This document shows positions 48,000 through 58,300 of a stretch of DNA of 64,000 nucleotides, piece by piece; position 1 is the stretch's first letter, and each line of letters begins with the position of its first letter. Source of the DNA: a virus (taxonomy: Duplodnaviria; Caudoviricetes). The stretch lies in the IMG/VR virus record IMGVR_UViG_3300010348_001841; one strand, 5' to 3'. The notes under the pieces were generated by a model. The model saw only the letters and a list, made by a program, of their open reading frames with translations. It was not told where the DNA came from and did not search any database. The position numbers were made by a program, and so were the translations under genes.

Positions 48000-50296
48000 C
48001 ATATTTGAATTCTAATTCGCGTACCGTTTCGACGCCGTTAAATGAGAAATTGCAACCAATTGGCCGCAATCCTTCTCTACATGGTGTTTTTCTTGGTTAT
48101 GTGAAGAAGGCAGATGATATTCAAACTATGGGAAGACTTATGGTCTGGATTCCAGAATTTGGATCTGCGCCAGAGGAAGAAGCCGGTTGGATTACCGTAA
48201 ACTATTGCTCACCTTTTGCAGGCGCAACAAACGTCGAAACAATTAGTAAATCCGAAATTCAGAAGTTCGAGGGTACACAAACCTCTTATGGAATGTGGAT
48301 GGTACCACCGGATATAAACAACCAAGTCCTGGTAATGTTCATCAACGGCGATCCTGCGCGCGGAGTGTGGATTGGATCATTGTTTAACCAGTTTATGAAT
48401 AACATGGTACCTGGAATGGCCGCAAGTACCAATAACTATCAGTACCAAGGAAAATATATACCTGTTGCTGAATACAATAAATGGGACACCAGGGTAACAC
48501 TACCCGACCAGGCTACAAAGCCATATCAGGCAACAAAATTTAAAGGTCTCGGGAATCAGGGACTAATTACAGATCCTAACAGAGGTGTGACAGATTCAAG
48601 TGCTAGAAGAGAAGCACCTAGCCAGGTCTATGGAATTATTACACCGGGTCCACCAATTGTTAATGATGTTGATGCAAATAAGGTGCGCAGAAAAGGTGGC
48701 TCGTCATTCATCATGGATGATGCTGTGGGAAGTGAATATATTCAATTAGCTACCAAGTCGGGCGCACAGATTAACATAAATGAAACTTCGGGGTTCATAT
48801 ATCTAATAAACCGTGACGGTACAGCATGGGTTGAAATGGATAAGAAGGGCAACGTGAATATCTTTGGTGCAACCAACGTATCAATGCGTGCGCAGAGAGA
48901 TATTAACCTTAGGGCTGACAGAAATATTAATATCGAAGCCGGTCAGAATATCTACATGAAGGCAGCTAAAGATACAATTGAGTCTACAACCACTTTCACA
49001 TATGATGTAAATAATGTTCCGCAAAATTCAACAATTCCCTATTGGAAATATGTTGGCGAAGGCGCCGGAGAAGGCGGAAATATTGTACTCCAATCACTAA
49101 ACAATTTACATACCACTGCACAAAAGAATATGTACCTAACAGTCAAGGAAAATAATCTTGAATTAAATGTTAAGGGGACCATTGATATAAGTGCAGAAGG
49201 TGAATATAATCTAACCGCACCATCAATTAAGAATGTCGGCTCTGTTAAGATTAGGGGCCCATTAGATGTAACCTCAGCGGTGCAATTTGGTAATTCCTTA
49301 AATGTCAGAAATGATATTCACGGAGCAAACGGTAGCTTCTCTGGTCAGGTTAGCGGATCAAATGCAAGCTTTGCCGGAAGTGTCTTTGGATTTTTCCAAG
49401 GAGTTCAAAGTGGTAATGGTGCAGGTGTTACTGGTCCGGCCGGAACCAACGGTCCTGCAATTAGCATTCCTGTTGCACCAGATGTAATAAAGGCAGAAAT
49501 TAAGCCAATGCTCAACAAGATGAATATATTGGCAACTTGGGCTGATCCAGAATCAAAATTCAAAAGAAATTCTGAATCGGTTGAAACAACTGTTACAACA
49601 TTCCCTACATATGAACCTTGTCCAGAACATGAGGCATTTACCTACAAGAGTATCTCTGGATATGTGCCTAAGCAAAACGAAGGCGATAAGACCTACGAAG
49701 GTTCGGGCGGTGCAGGCAATGAACAAAAGACAACACCTCCCACAAATACTACACCGGGTGCAAATAATACAGAAATAAAACAAGAGCCACCATCGGCAAG
49801 CATTGTTACGAAAGATTTCAATATGAATGCCTATGAATGCCAATTAAAAATTCACGAAGGTGTAAAATATGTGTCATACCTTGACAGTCTCGGATTGCCG
49901 ACAGGCGGTATCGGTCACCTGTTAAGAGCAAATGAAATTACTCAGTATCCTGTCCCCACACCAATTTCCGTAGAAACTGTATCAACATGGTTCAAGGAAG
50001 ATGCACAGACATCCATTAAGGCTGCACAGGTATTGCTAGGAATAGATGTCTGGGGAGATTTGAGCGATGTCAGAAAAAGAGCCGTTGCCGATCTCGCATA
50101 TAATTTAGGACAAGGAAGACTTGCTAAGTTTGTGCGTTTCCTTGCTGCCATGAAGGCAGGGGATTACAATGCGGCTGGAGAATCTTTAAGAAATTCAAAA
50201 TGGTTCACCCAGGTAGCAAGGCGCGGTCCTAATATCATCACCATGGTTGTACAGAATGTCGACCCGTTAGGATGCGATAAGAAATTCCCAGCATAA
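47996..50296 (+). CDS. gp5: Baseplate central spike protein with C-terminal T4-type lysozyme (gp5-like)
   Basis: OB-fold D...MGRLMVWIP and YGMWMVPPD, beta-helix region, and lysozyme LKIHEGVKYVSYLDSLGLPTGGIGHL...SKWFTQV. Confidence 0.88.
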   Translation: MTYLNSNSRTVSTPLNEKLQPIGRNPSLHGVFLGYVKKADDIQTMGRLMVWIPEFGSAPEEEAGWITVNYCSPFAGATNVETISKSEIQKFEGTQTSYGMWMVPPDINNQVLVMFINGDPARGVWIGSLFNQFMNNMVPGMAASTNNYQYQGKYIPVAEYNKWDTRVTLPDQATKPYQATKFKGLGNQGLITDPNRGVTDSSARREAPSQVYGIITPGPPIVNDVDANKVRRKGGSSFIMDDAVGSEYIQLATKSGAQININETSGFIYLINRDGTAWVEMDKKGNVNIFGATNVSMRAQRDINLRADRNINIEAGQNIYMKAAKDTIESTTTFTYDVNNVPQNSTIPYWKYVGEGAGEGGNIVLQSLNNLHTTAQKNMYLTVKENNLELNVKGTIDISAEGEYNLTAPSIKNVGSVKIRGPLDVTSAVQFGNSLNVRNDIHGANGSFSGQVSGSNASFAGSVFGFFQGVQSGNGAGVTGPAGTNGPAISIPVAPDVIKAEIKPMLNKMNILATWADPESKFKRNSESVETTVTTFPTYEPCPEHEAFTYKSISGYVPKQNEGDKTYEGSGGAGNEQKTTPPTNTTPGANNTEIKQEPPSASIVTKDFNMNAYECQLKIHEGVKYVSYLDSLGLPTGGIGHLLRANEITQYPVPTPISVETVSTWFKEDAQTSIKAAQVLLGIDVWGDLSDVRKRAVADLAYNLGQGRLAKFVRFLAAMKAGDYNAAGESLRNSKWFTQVARRGPNIITMVVQNVDPLGCDKKFPA

Positions 50297-50301
50297 AAGT
50301 C

Positions 50302-50344
50302 CTATATAATTTTCTTGATAAATAACAAAAAGGGAATTATATGG
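50302..50344 (+). promoter_or_regulatory. Late promoter (50317-50324) in the loop of a 15-bp hairpin covering the gp25 RBS and ATG
   Basis: ctatataattttctt 50302-50316 pairs with aagggaattatatgg 50330-50344 (3 G.U). Confidence 0.65.
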
Positions 50345-50760
50345 CAACAAATCAAAATGGTCTTGTTAAACAGGCTTTAAAACCAAGGAAGCCCTATTTT
50401 GTTGGATTCAATACAGTAGGGCAGCCTAATCCGCCTTATTCTCTTACCAATATTGAACTGGTAAAGAGGGATATCAATAACCATTTTGCAACACCGATAG
50501 GTTCTAGAGTAATGCTACCAACATTCGGTACAAATATCTACAACTATCTCTTTGATCCGTTTGACGAATATACAAAGAATGCCATTGTTGAAGATGCTGT
50601 AAGAGTAATTCAGTCTGAGCCGCGAGTAGAATTGGTAACTATTGATGTATTTCAAGAAGATCAGGCATTAACCGTTGCAATGGTGCTATTGTTTAAGCCC
50701 GAATCAGTTACAGATAATCTATTTGTTACATTTTCATTGAAGGATCGTGAGACTTTCTAA
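50341..50760 (+). CDS. gp25: Baseplate wedge subunit (gp25-like)
   Basis: LVKRDINNHFATPIGSRVMLPTFGTNIYNYLFDP...EPRV. Confidence 0.9.
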   Translation: MATNQNGLVKQALKPRKPYFVGFNTVGQPNPPYSLTNIELVKRDINNHFATPIGSRVMLPTFGTNIYNYLFDPFDEYTKNAIVEDAVRVIQSEPRVELVTIDVFQEDQALTVAMVLLFKPESVTDNLFVTFSLKDRETF

Positions 50761-50762
50761 AT

Positions 50763-51347
50763 ATGACATTTTATGCATACATTTACTACGATCCCTCTCG
50801 AAATAATGAACCCATATATGTGGGTAAGGGAAAAAATAATAGAGCTTGGAAACATTTGAAATCAAAGAAAAAGCATCCATTTATACAGAGATTACAATCG
50901 ATGTCAAAGGAAAATGTAGAGCCTATAATAGGACTTTATTCTGGGCTTGATGAAGAAATGGCGTTATTACTTGAGCAAGAACTTATTTCTAAAATTGGAA
51001 GAAAAGATTTAGGTAAAGGGCCATTACTGAATCTTACCGATGGCGGTGAGCAAGGTGCAAATAAGTCTTTAGAGACAAGAAGAAAAATGTCTAAAAATAA
51101 TTTAGGAAAAGTCTTATCTCAGGCAACAAAAGATAAAATGAGTATTTCAAGGAAAGGGCACAAAACATCTTTAGAAACAAGAAAAAAAATTTCTATCGCC
51201 CAAAAAGGATGTATAGGTCACATGACTGGGAAAACTCAGACAGAGGAAACTAAACTAAAAATATCAATTGCCCAAAAAGGTAAACCGCGAGGAAAACGTT
51301 TCTATAAAGAGGACGGTTCGTGGATTATGATAAAGGCAGGAGTCTAA
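50763..51347 (+). mobile_element. Free-standing GIY-YIG-like homing endonuclease with NUMOD3 repeats
   Basis: FYAYIYYDP...PIYVGKG...RAWKH...E..LI...GPLLNLTDGGE; ETRRKMS/ETRKKIS repeats. Confidence 0.85.
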
Positions 51348-51348
51348 A

Positions 51349-54300
51349 ATGTCAGAATCAATCCGCCAATCAAATTTATTTGCTGCTGAAGATTACAAGA
51401 AAGTCTTCAAAGCTTTCCAGTTTATTGATTACACTGCCTACGATTTCGATACACTGAAGCAGGCAATGATCAATTATATTCAAACATATTATCCAGAAGA
51501 TTTCAACGACTATATTGAAAGTTCGGAATTTATTGCAATTATTGAATTACTTGCATATTTTGGTACAAGTCTTGCATTTAGAACAGATCTAAATAGTCGT
51601 GAAAACTTTATTGATACTGCGGAAAGGCGCGAAAGTATTATTCGTCTTGCGCAGATGGTAAACTATGTTCCTCGCAGAAATATTCCTGCAAGTGGGCTAT
51701 TCAAGATTGCATCGGTACAAACAAATCAGCCACTAGTTGATGCTAATGGTGTAAACATCAACGACTTGACAATTTTTTGGAATGATCCAAACAATCCCGA
51801 TTGGTTCGATCAATTCATTCAAATTTGCAATGCAGCGTTCAGTCCGTTGAACCCCTTTGGACGCCCAACAAAGAGCGGTACTATTGGATCAATACCGACA
51901 GATTTATATCAGTTGAATAATATTCTTCGACTAAATGTTACGTATCCAACATCCGTTACAATCAATGGACAACAATATCCAATTGATATTTGTAATCCAG
52001 ATTTCGTAACAAATCAAACTATCTTTGAAAGAGATCCCGATCCTGCAAATGCTTTCAATTTTGTTTATAGAAACGATAGCCTTGGTGTAGGATCTTCGAA
52101 TACAGGCTTTTTCTTGTATTTCAAACAAGGTTCATTGATCAATGTTGATACAAATTTTGAATTTCCTGTGCCTAACAGACTCTTCCCTGTAACAATTCAA
52201 AACATAAACCAGGACGATGTTTATGTTCAAGAAACTGACCAGTCAGGTAATGTTATCACAAAATGGAAAAAAGTACCTGCACTAGCCGGTGAAAATATTA
52301 TCTATAATAGTATTCAGTTTGGTGAAAGAAACATTTTTGATGTAATTTCCGGAGCCAATGACACTATTACAATTCGATTTGCGGATGGTAATTTCGGCAA
52401 TGTACCAACAGGACTTTTCAGAACATGGATGAGAACAAGTGCAAATCAAGCACTTGTAATTAGACCCGATAATGCCCAAGGCCTGCAAATCAATATTCCA
52501 TATATCGGTGCAGATCAGCAAGAGTATACACTAAGAATTACATTCAATCTCGAAACTACTATCGGCAATGCGGCCGCTAGCGAGACAAATGAGCAAATAA
52601 AGCTAAGAGCGCCTGAAGTATTTTCAACTCAGTCAAGAATGGTAAATGGTAGCGACTATAATGTTCTACCACTAGTCTACGGAAACCAAATTGCTAAGAT
52701 ACAAGCAATTGACAGAACATACAGCGGACAGAGTCGTTACATCGATCTAAACGATCCGACAGGATTTCACAGAGATCTTATTATATTCGGAGAAGACGGT
52801 GCCTTGTATAGAGACAACCAAAATGTCCTTGAGGAAGTAATAAAAGATTCTTCCAATTCGTCTACAATTGAAACAATTCTTATAAACACTATTCAGGAGA
52901 TGTTGAGGAATCCCAACGTTTCTTCATTCTTCTACGACGAATACCTTGCACAGTTTGAACAAACAATTAGAGTAAATCCAACTATATCTGCACCTAATGG
53001 ATATTCTTTACTTGACCTAAATAATCCGTCAACTCTTCCGTTGTTCTGGAAAACAAGTCCTGCAAAGTTCAAGAACGATACAGGTTATTTTATCAACACA
53101 AAGAGTTCTGCAGCACCAGCAGTTGCACTTGAAAATTCATTTACGACAAATAATATACCACTTGGTACATATGAGCCATGGGGTTTCATTACTACCGGTT
53201 CCGTGCTACAACTTGCAAATTCCACACTAGTAGGACCAAATTGGGTATTTGATCCTGCAACTCTAAACAGTGCCTCAGTCAATAGTGTCATTCAGGCTGG
53301 TTTACCACTAATTGTAAACCCGCAGAATCCTAGTGCAAACGTGGGCCCTGTCGAATTAGGAAAAGAAGAACAGAACTATTATCAGGCAATTAAGGTATTC
53401 CCTGCATTCAGGAATGATCTGACAACCACTGAAATTTCTAATATAGTGGCGGCTATTAACGCTGGTATTTCTTTCTGGCTGTATTATGATTTATTGACAG
53501 ACTCTTGGGGAGTATCTACAACCGCAACACCTGGAATTTCAGATCAATCTCAGCAGCCGTTCCAGTATGCACCGCCAATTAATGTTTCACCTGGACTAGA
53601 TCAAATTTATTCAAATTGGGCACAATATCCTGCAAGTGGACTTCTATATGTGAATATTGCAAGTGATAACCAGCTAGGTACCACCACATATGATTTAACA
53701 GCCAGAGGTCGTGTCTATGTATTCGAATCATATCGAGATGTTAGATTCTATTGGGAACCTAATCAGGTAGTGATTGATAACACCACCGGATTAGCATTGC
53801 AAGATACTGTTGAAATTATGCCATTTGTCAACACAAATGAAAGCATTGATAATAATTTGCCTGTGATTGTTGATCCAAGCACTTCATTCCTCAGAGTACC
53901 GGTGGATTTCAATATCACTGGTGTATTTGTTCAAGATGATGGCTATCTCGATAACTCAAAGGTAGAAGTATCACTGGTTGACATCGACGGTGACGGTGTG
54001 CCAGATGATCCCGACGGATTTGATAAAATTGTGACACCAGAGGATAGAATTGTTTTTGAATTCTATAACAACGAGGTTGTCGGTTATCAGAGTACAAGAC
54101 CATGGATTTGTCGTTGGGGCACATTGCTATCTAACCTGTCTGGTAATTTGTATGTTTATTTCCCTGTAGATCCATTGGACAATACAAAACTCTACAGCTC
54201 ACCTTACATATCAAATACAATTGTTTCCGATCCTTTAGACCCAAGTTCTACTGTTGGTGCAATTTTTGAATATCTTGATGAATTTGATTTAATCTTCATC

Positions 54301-55293
54301 AACAATCTTGCACAGATTGAATTTGATGCAATTAATCCGGTAATTTCTATCTCTAATCAAGTTACTGCATTTTTCAATAATATCAATAACACGACCAATA
54401 CTGCATTGGGTGCGACATATCCTTGGCTGCAAGGTACACAATTTGTGAATGATAAGATTGATATAGTCAATAACTATTTTGCCAATAAGTCTTTCTTAAT
54501 TTCATCAATTAGTCCTCCGGGATTTGGTGTTTATAATATTCTTGAATTCCAGCCAACATCTAACCTCGGTGATTATCCTGCCGCTCAACTTATTGTTTCG
54601 GATCTAGACAAATATCACTTTGATAAAAATGGTAAGGTGTTTACTCAGAATACAACAATACCAGAAGGTGCTAGATTACCTCTATATTTCAAATGGAGTC
54701 ATTATTCTCCAGTTGACCAGAGAGTTGACCCATCTCCTTCAAATATTATCGATATGATTGTTATCACCGATAGCTATTATAGAGATATGGTAATTTGGAA
54801 AAATTCTAATGGAACAATTGCAACATTGCCTGCAGCACCTACAACTGAAGATCTAAGAATTCAGTTCCAGGATCTTGATCAATATAAGATGGTTAGTGAT
54901 GCAATGATTTGGAATTCGGGTACATTTAAGATTCTCTTCGGATCGCAGGCTGAGCCAGAATTGCAGGCAACCTTTAAGGTAGTAAAGGCTCCCTCGTCTA
55001 GCATCAGCGATAACGAAGTGAAGACAAAAGTTATTCAGGCAATCGATACCTATTTTGATATCAGAAACTGGGACTTTGGTGAGAAATTCTTCTATACTGA
55101 ATTGGCGGCATTTATTCACCAGCAACTTTCACGAGTTATTAGCTCTGTGGTTATTGTACCTAATAATGCTGATTCGCAATTCGGTAATTTGTTCGAAATC
55201 GTCGCAGGGCCTACAGAATTGTTCCTGTCAACTGCTACAGTGAACAATGTGCAGATTGTTGCCAACCTAACAGACCAAAATCTCCGAGTTTAA
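51349..55293 (+). CDS. gp6: Baseplate wedge protein (gp6-like)
   Basis: YDFDTLKQAMINY...FNDYIESSE...ENFIDTAERRESI, IRFADGNFGNVP, QSRMVNGSDY. Confidence 0.88.
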   Translation: MSESIRQSNLFAAEDYKKVFKAFQFIDYTAYDFDTLKQAMINYIQTYYPEDFNDYIESSEFIAIIELLAYFGTSLAFRTDLNSRENFIDTAERRESIIRLAQMVNYVPRRNIPASGLFKIASVQTNQPLVDANGVNINDLTIFWNDPNNPDWFDQFIQICNAAFSPLNPFGRPTKSGTIGSIPTDLYQLNNILRLNVTYPTSVTINGQQYPIDICNPDFVTNQTIFERDPDPANAFNFVYRNDSLGVGSSNTGFFLYFKQGSLINVDTNFEFPVPNRLFPVTIQNINQDDVYVQETDQSGNVITKWKKVPALAGENIIYNSIQFGERNIFDVISGANDTITIRFADGNFGNVPTGLFRTWMRTSANQALVIRPDNAQGLQINIPYIGADQQEYTLRITFNLETTIGNAAASETNEQIKLRAPEVFSTQSRMVNGSDYNVLPLVYGNQIAKIQAIDRTYSGQSRYIDLNDPTGFHRDLIIFGEDGALYRDNQNVLEEVIKDSSNSSTIETILINTIQEMLRNPNVSSFFYDEYLAQFEQTIRVNPTISAPNGYSLLDLNNPSTLPLFWKTSPAKFKNDTGYFINTKSSAAPAVALENSFTTNNIPLGTYEPWGFITTGSVLQLANSTLVGPNWVFDPATLNSASVNSVIQAGLPLIVNPQNPSANVGPVELGKEEQNYYQAIKVFPAFRNDLTTTEISNIVAAINAGISFWLYYDLLTDSWGVSTTATPGISDQSQQPFQYAPPINVSPGLDQIYSNWAQYPASGLLYVNIASDNQLGTTTYDLTARGRVYVFESYRDVRFYWEPNQVVIDNTTGLALQDTVEIMPFVNTNESIDNNLPVIVDPSTSFLRVPVDFNITGVFVQDDGYLDNSKVEVSLVDIDGDGVPDDPDGFDKIVTPEDRIVFEFYNNEVVGYQSTRPWICRWGTLLSNLSGNLYVYFPVDPLDNTKLYSSPYISNTIVSDPLDPSSTVGAIFEYLDEFDLIFINNLAQIEFDAINPVISISNQVTAFFNNINNTTNTALGATYPWLQGTQFVNDKIDIVNNYFANKSFLISSISPPGFGVYNILEFQPTSNLGDYPAAQLIVSDLDKYHFDKNGKVFTQNTTIPEGARLPLYFKWSHYSPVDQRVDPSPSNIIDMIVITDSYYRDMVIWKNSNGTIATLPAAPTTEDLRIQFQDLDQYKMVSDAMIWNSGTFKILFGSQAEPELQATFKVVKAPSSSISDNEVKTKVIQAIDTYFDIRNWDFGEKFFYTELAAFIHQQLSRVISSVVIVPNNADSQFGNLFEIVAGPTELFLSTATVNNVQIVANLTDQNLRV

Positions 55294-55295
55294 GT

Positions 55296-55358
55296 ATGTA
55301 GATAATTTTCCGGATAAATAGTAGATTGTAAACAATTTACTATTCCGGAAATCTACAT
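55296..55358 (+). promoter_or_regulatory. 63-nt hairpin containing late promoter GATAAATA (55313-55320) and masking the start of the giant ORF
   Basis: Stems atgtagat/atctacat, ttccgga/tccggaa and atagtagattgt/acaatttactat. Confidence 0.7.
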
Positions 55359-58300
55359 GACTCAGTTCGTAAAAAAGCTACCGGCGGTATTCCAAACCGT
55401 TACAGAGAAGAAATTCTTTGACGCCACCTTTGACCAAATATTTTCTAAGAAAGACAGTGACCTTCTTTCGGGATATCTAGGTCGTAGAGTTCCTGGCCAA
55501 TATAAGCCTATCACAGATTTTTATTTGCCCGAACCAAGTAAGGACAGAACCTGGTGGCAACTCGAAGCTACTGCTTTTGCACGAGACGAAGATACTACCA
55601 AGACAAACATCCTATTCTATCAGGACCTGTTGAATAGAATCGAATACTATGGCGGTAATACATTAAATCAAGATAGACTTTTCGAATCCGAATACTATAG
55701 CTGGGCACCGCCTATTGATTTTGATATGTTTATTAACTATCAGAATTATTACTGGATCGAACAGGGTCTTGTTACAATCACAATTACTGGTGTTATGGGT
55801 TCCGATATTATCGGTCAACCATCTTATACCACCCCGGGTACTGCGACACCGGCTAACCTTACCCTAACAACAGGTATGAAGATTATCCTTACAGATGATC
55901 CAGCATATCAAGAACCACATACAGTCGAGAACATTGGAAATTGCATTGGTATTCGCTTGGTACCGCAGTTTCCGGATTTTACCGCAGGCACAATTTTTGA
56001 ATTCTTGCCATGGGACGGAACTCTTGAGCTTGCTAACGGCCGCACAATTATCAATACCAACTGGGACGTTCAATCCTGGGATACGCAAGCTCAGCCAGGT
56101 AATGCAGATTACATTACCATCGAACGCGGTTCTGTAGATAGAAATCCATGGTCTCGCACAAATAAATGGTTCCACATTGAAGCAATTAACGCAACAGTTC
56201 AGGCAACTGGAACGCCTTTCCCAACAAACGCATCAAGAGCCCTAAGACCTATTATTCAGTTTACTGCTGATCTAGAATTATATAAATCAGGTACGCAATT
56301 TCTGTCTAACATCTCTTACGGTATTCGTGATGATGTTTTTGGAAATCCTATTCTACTATCAACATACCAGGGGCAAACCGTTAACTTTGTTGATGCCGGG
56401 TTAGACATCAGCATACAAGATGGTGATCTTGTTGTGTTCATGAATGATGAAACTCTTAGCGGAAACCCACCATACCTTGTAAATCAATATGTTTATTTGG
56501 TAAGCATTTCTGCAGGCATTGTTACATTCTCACCATACACTTCTTTTGCTACACCTGTTGTAGATGGTGACATTGTTTTTGTTCAATTTGATGCAGGGTT
56601 TGACGGCACACAAAGAGGACAGACATGGTATTATGATAACGCTGTATGGCAGCAGGCATATAACGATAAGGTTTCAACAAATCAACCACCATTGTTTCAG
56701 CTTTATGACCATAGCGAAATTCCATTAGATGATCCTATAAAATACCCTAATAGCAATTTCCGTGGAAATAAGATATTCTCTTATAAGGTTAATGATGAAC
56801 CGGGCGCAACAGTCGACCCTGTTCTAAAATTTCCACTTGTCTATACATCTTTAGGTCAGGCCTCTGATATTGTATTCCAGAACAACCTTATCACAGATAG
56901 ATACGTTTACGGAAATAATTTATTGCCTATTGACGGATACTATTACTATACTAATTATGAAGGTATTGTCTACTACAATAGCTGGAATTTGTATTCACCA
57001 TGCCCTTGCGATGACATTGTTCCACCTCCACCATGCAACTGCCTTGAAACAAGTAAGCAGAGAGTTATTGATAGGTATGTTGTAGGTTATGGTGCATCGT
57101 ATCAATTTAAGCTAAGTGTCGAACCATATGGATATCCAGCAAGTCCAGATCTCATTGTATCTGTAAACAGTACAGAAATTAAGAGTGCTGCTGAACAAGT
57201 TAACGGATATACATTTGTGGTTATCAACAACAGTATCTATGTTGACCTTTCAGCATATCTATCAAATCTTTTATTGACGACACAATCTCAGCCACCTGTG
57301 GTTGAAATTGCAACATATACTCAAGGATTGCTTGATCCAGCGGCCACCGGTTACTACGAAATCCCTCAGCAACTAGAGGCAAATCCTTCTAATGAAGAAA
57401 TTGGTGAAATCAGTGCAAGTAACCTAATTGAGCAATTCTCTTCTATCATTTCAAATCAAATTGGATTTACAGGTTCCCCATTTGGCGGTGGCAACAATTA
57501 CAGGGATTCAAGAAAGAACAGATCTCTGGGAGCCTTTATTCTACAGAATACTGCACCTTTACTAAAGACAATGCTAATTTCATCCTCAGATGATTTAGAC
57601 TTCATTGCAGGTGTAAGATTCAGCCAAGATGAATATACAAAATTCAAGAACAAATATGCAAGGACTGCACTTCAGTTAATCAATCAGGGATTCAATCCTG
57701 TACAGTATCAAAATAACACAATTGTAGTTAGTGCGTGGGTTGAAGAAATTCTAAAGATTGTAAATGTATCAAAGGAATTTTCAAACGCCTTTGCGTATTC
57801 CTACATGATTGCAAATGGCTCATCATTTGCAAACGAAACCCTGACTGTGCCGTTGTCGGGATTGGTGACATTAACAAACTATGTAGATCTTGCCGATCCA
57901 AAGAATGCACTATATATCTATGACCAGACTGGGCAAGAAAGATTGCTACTAATTGGTGTTGACTACGAAATTGTATCAACTAATTTAAGTATTGATATTC
58001 AATTTAATATTGGTACAAATGTAAACGTTGGTGATACCATATTTGTTGCATTCTATAAGAATCCACTACCTGCATACATTCCTTCAACACCTACAAAAGT
58101 AGGTGCGTATGGTGCATATATTCCAAGAATTGAACTCGATGAATCATACGCTATTCCGACAAATGTTATCATCGGACACGATGGCTCGAAAACCATTGCA
58201 TATGGAGACTATAGAGATCAACTTATCCTAGAACTCGAGAAAAGAATTTATAATCTTTTGCAATATAGATTCCGCAATCAATATGCATTACCTCTACGCC

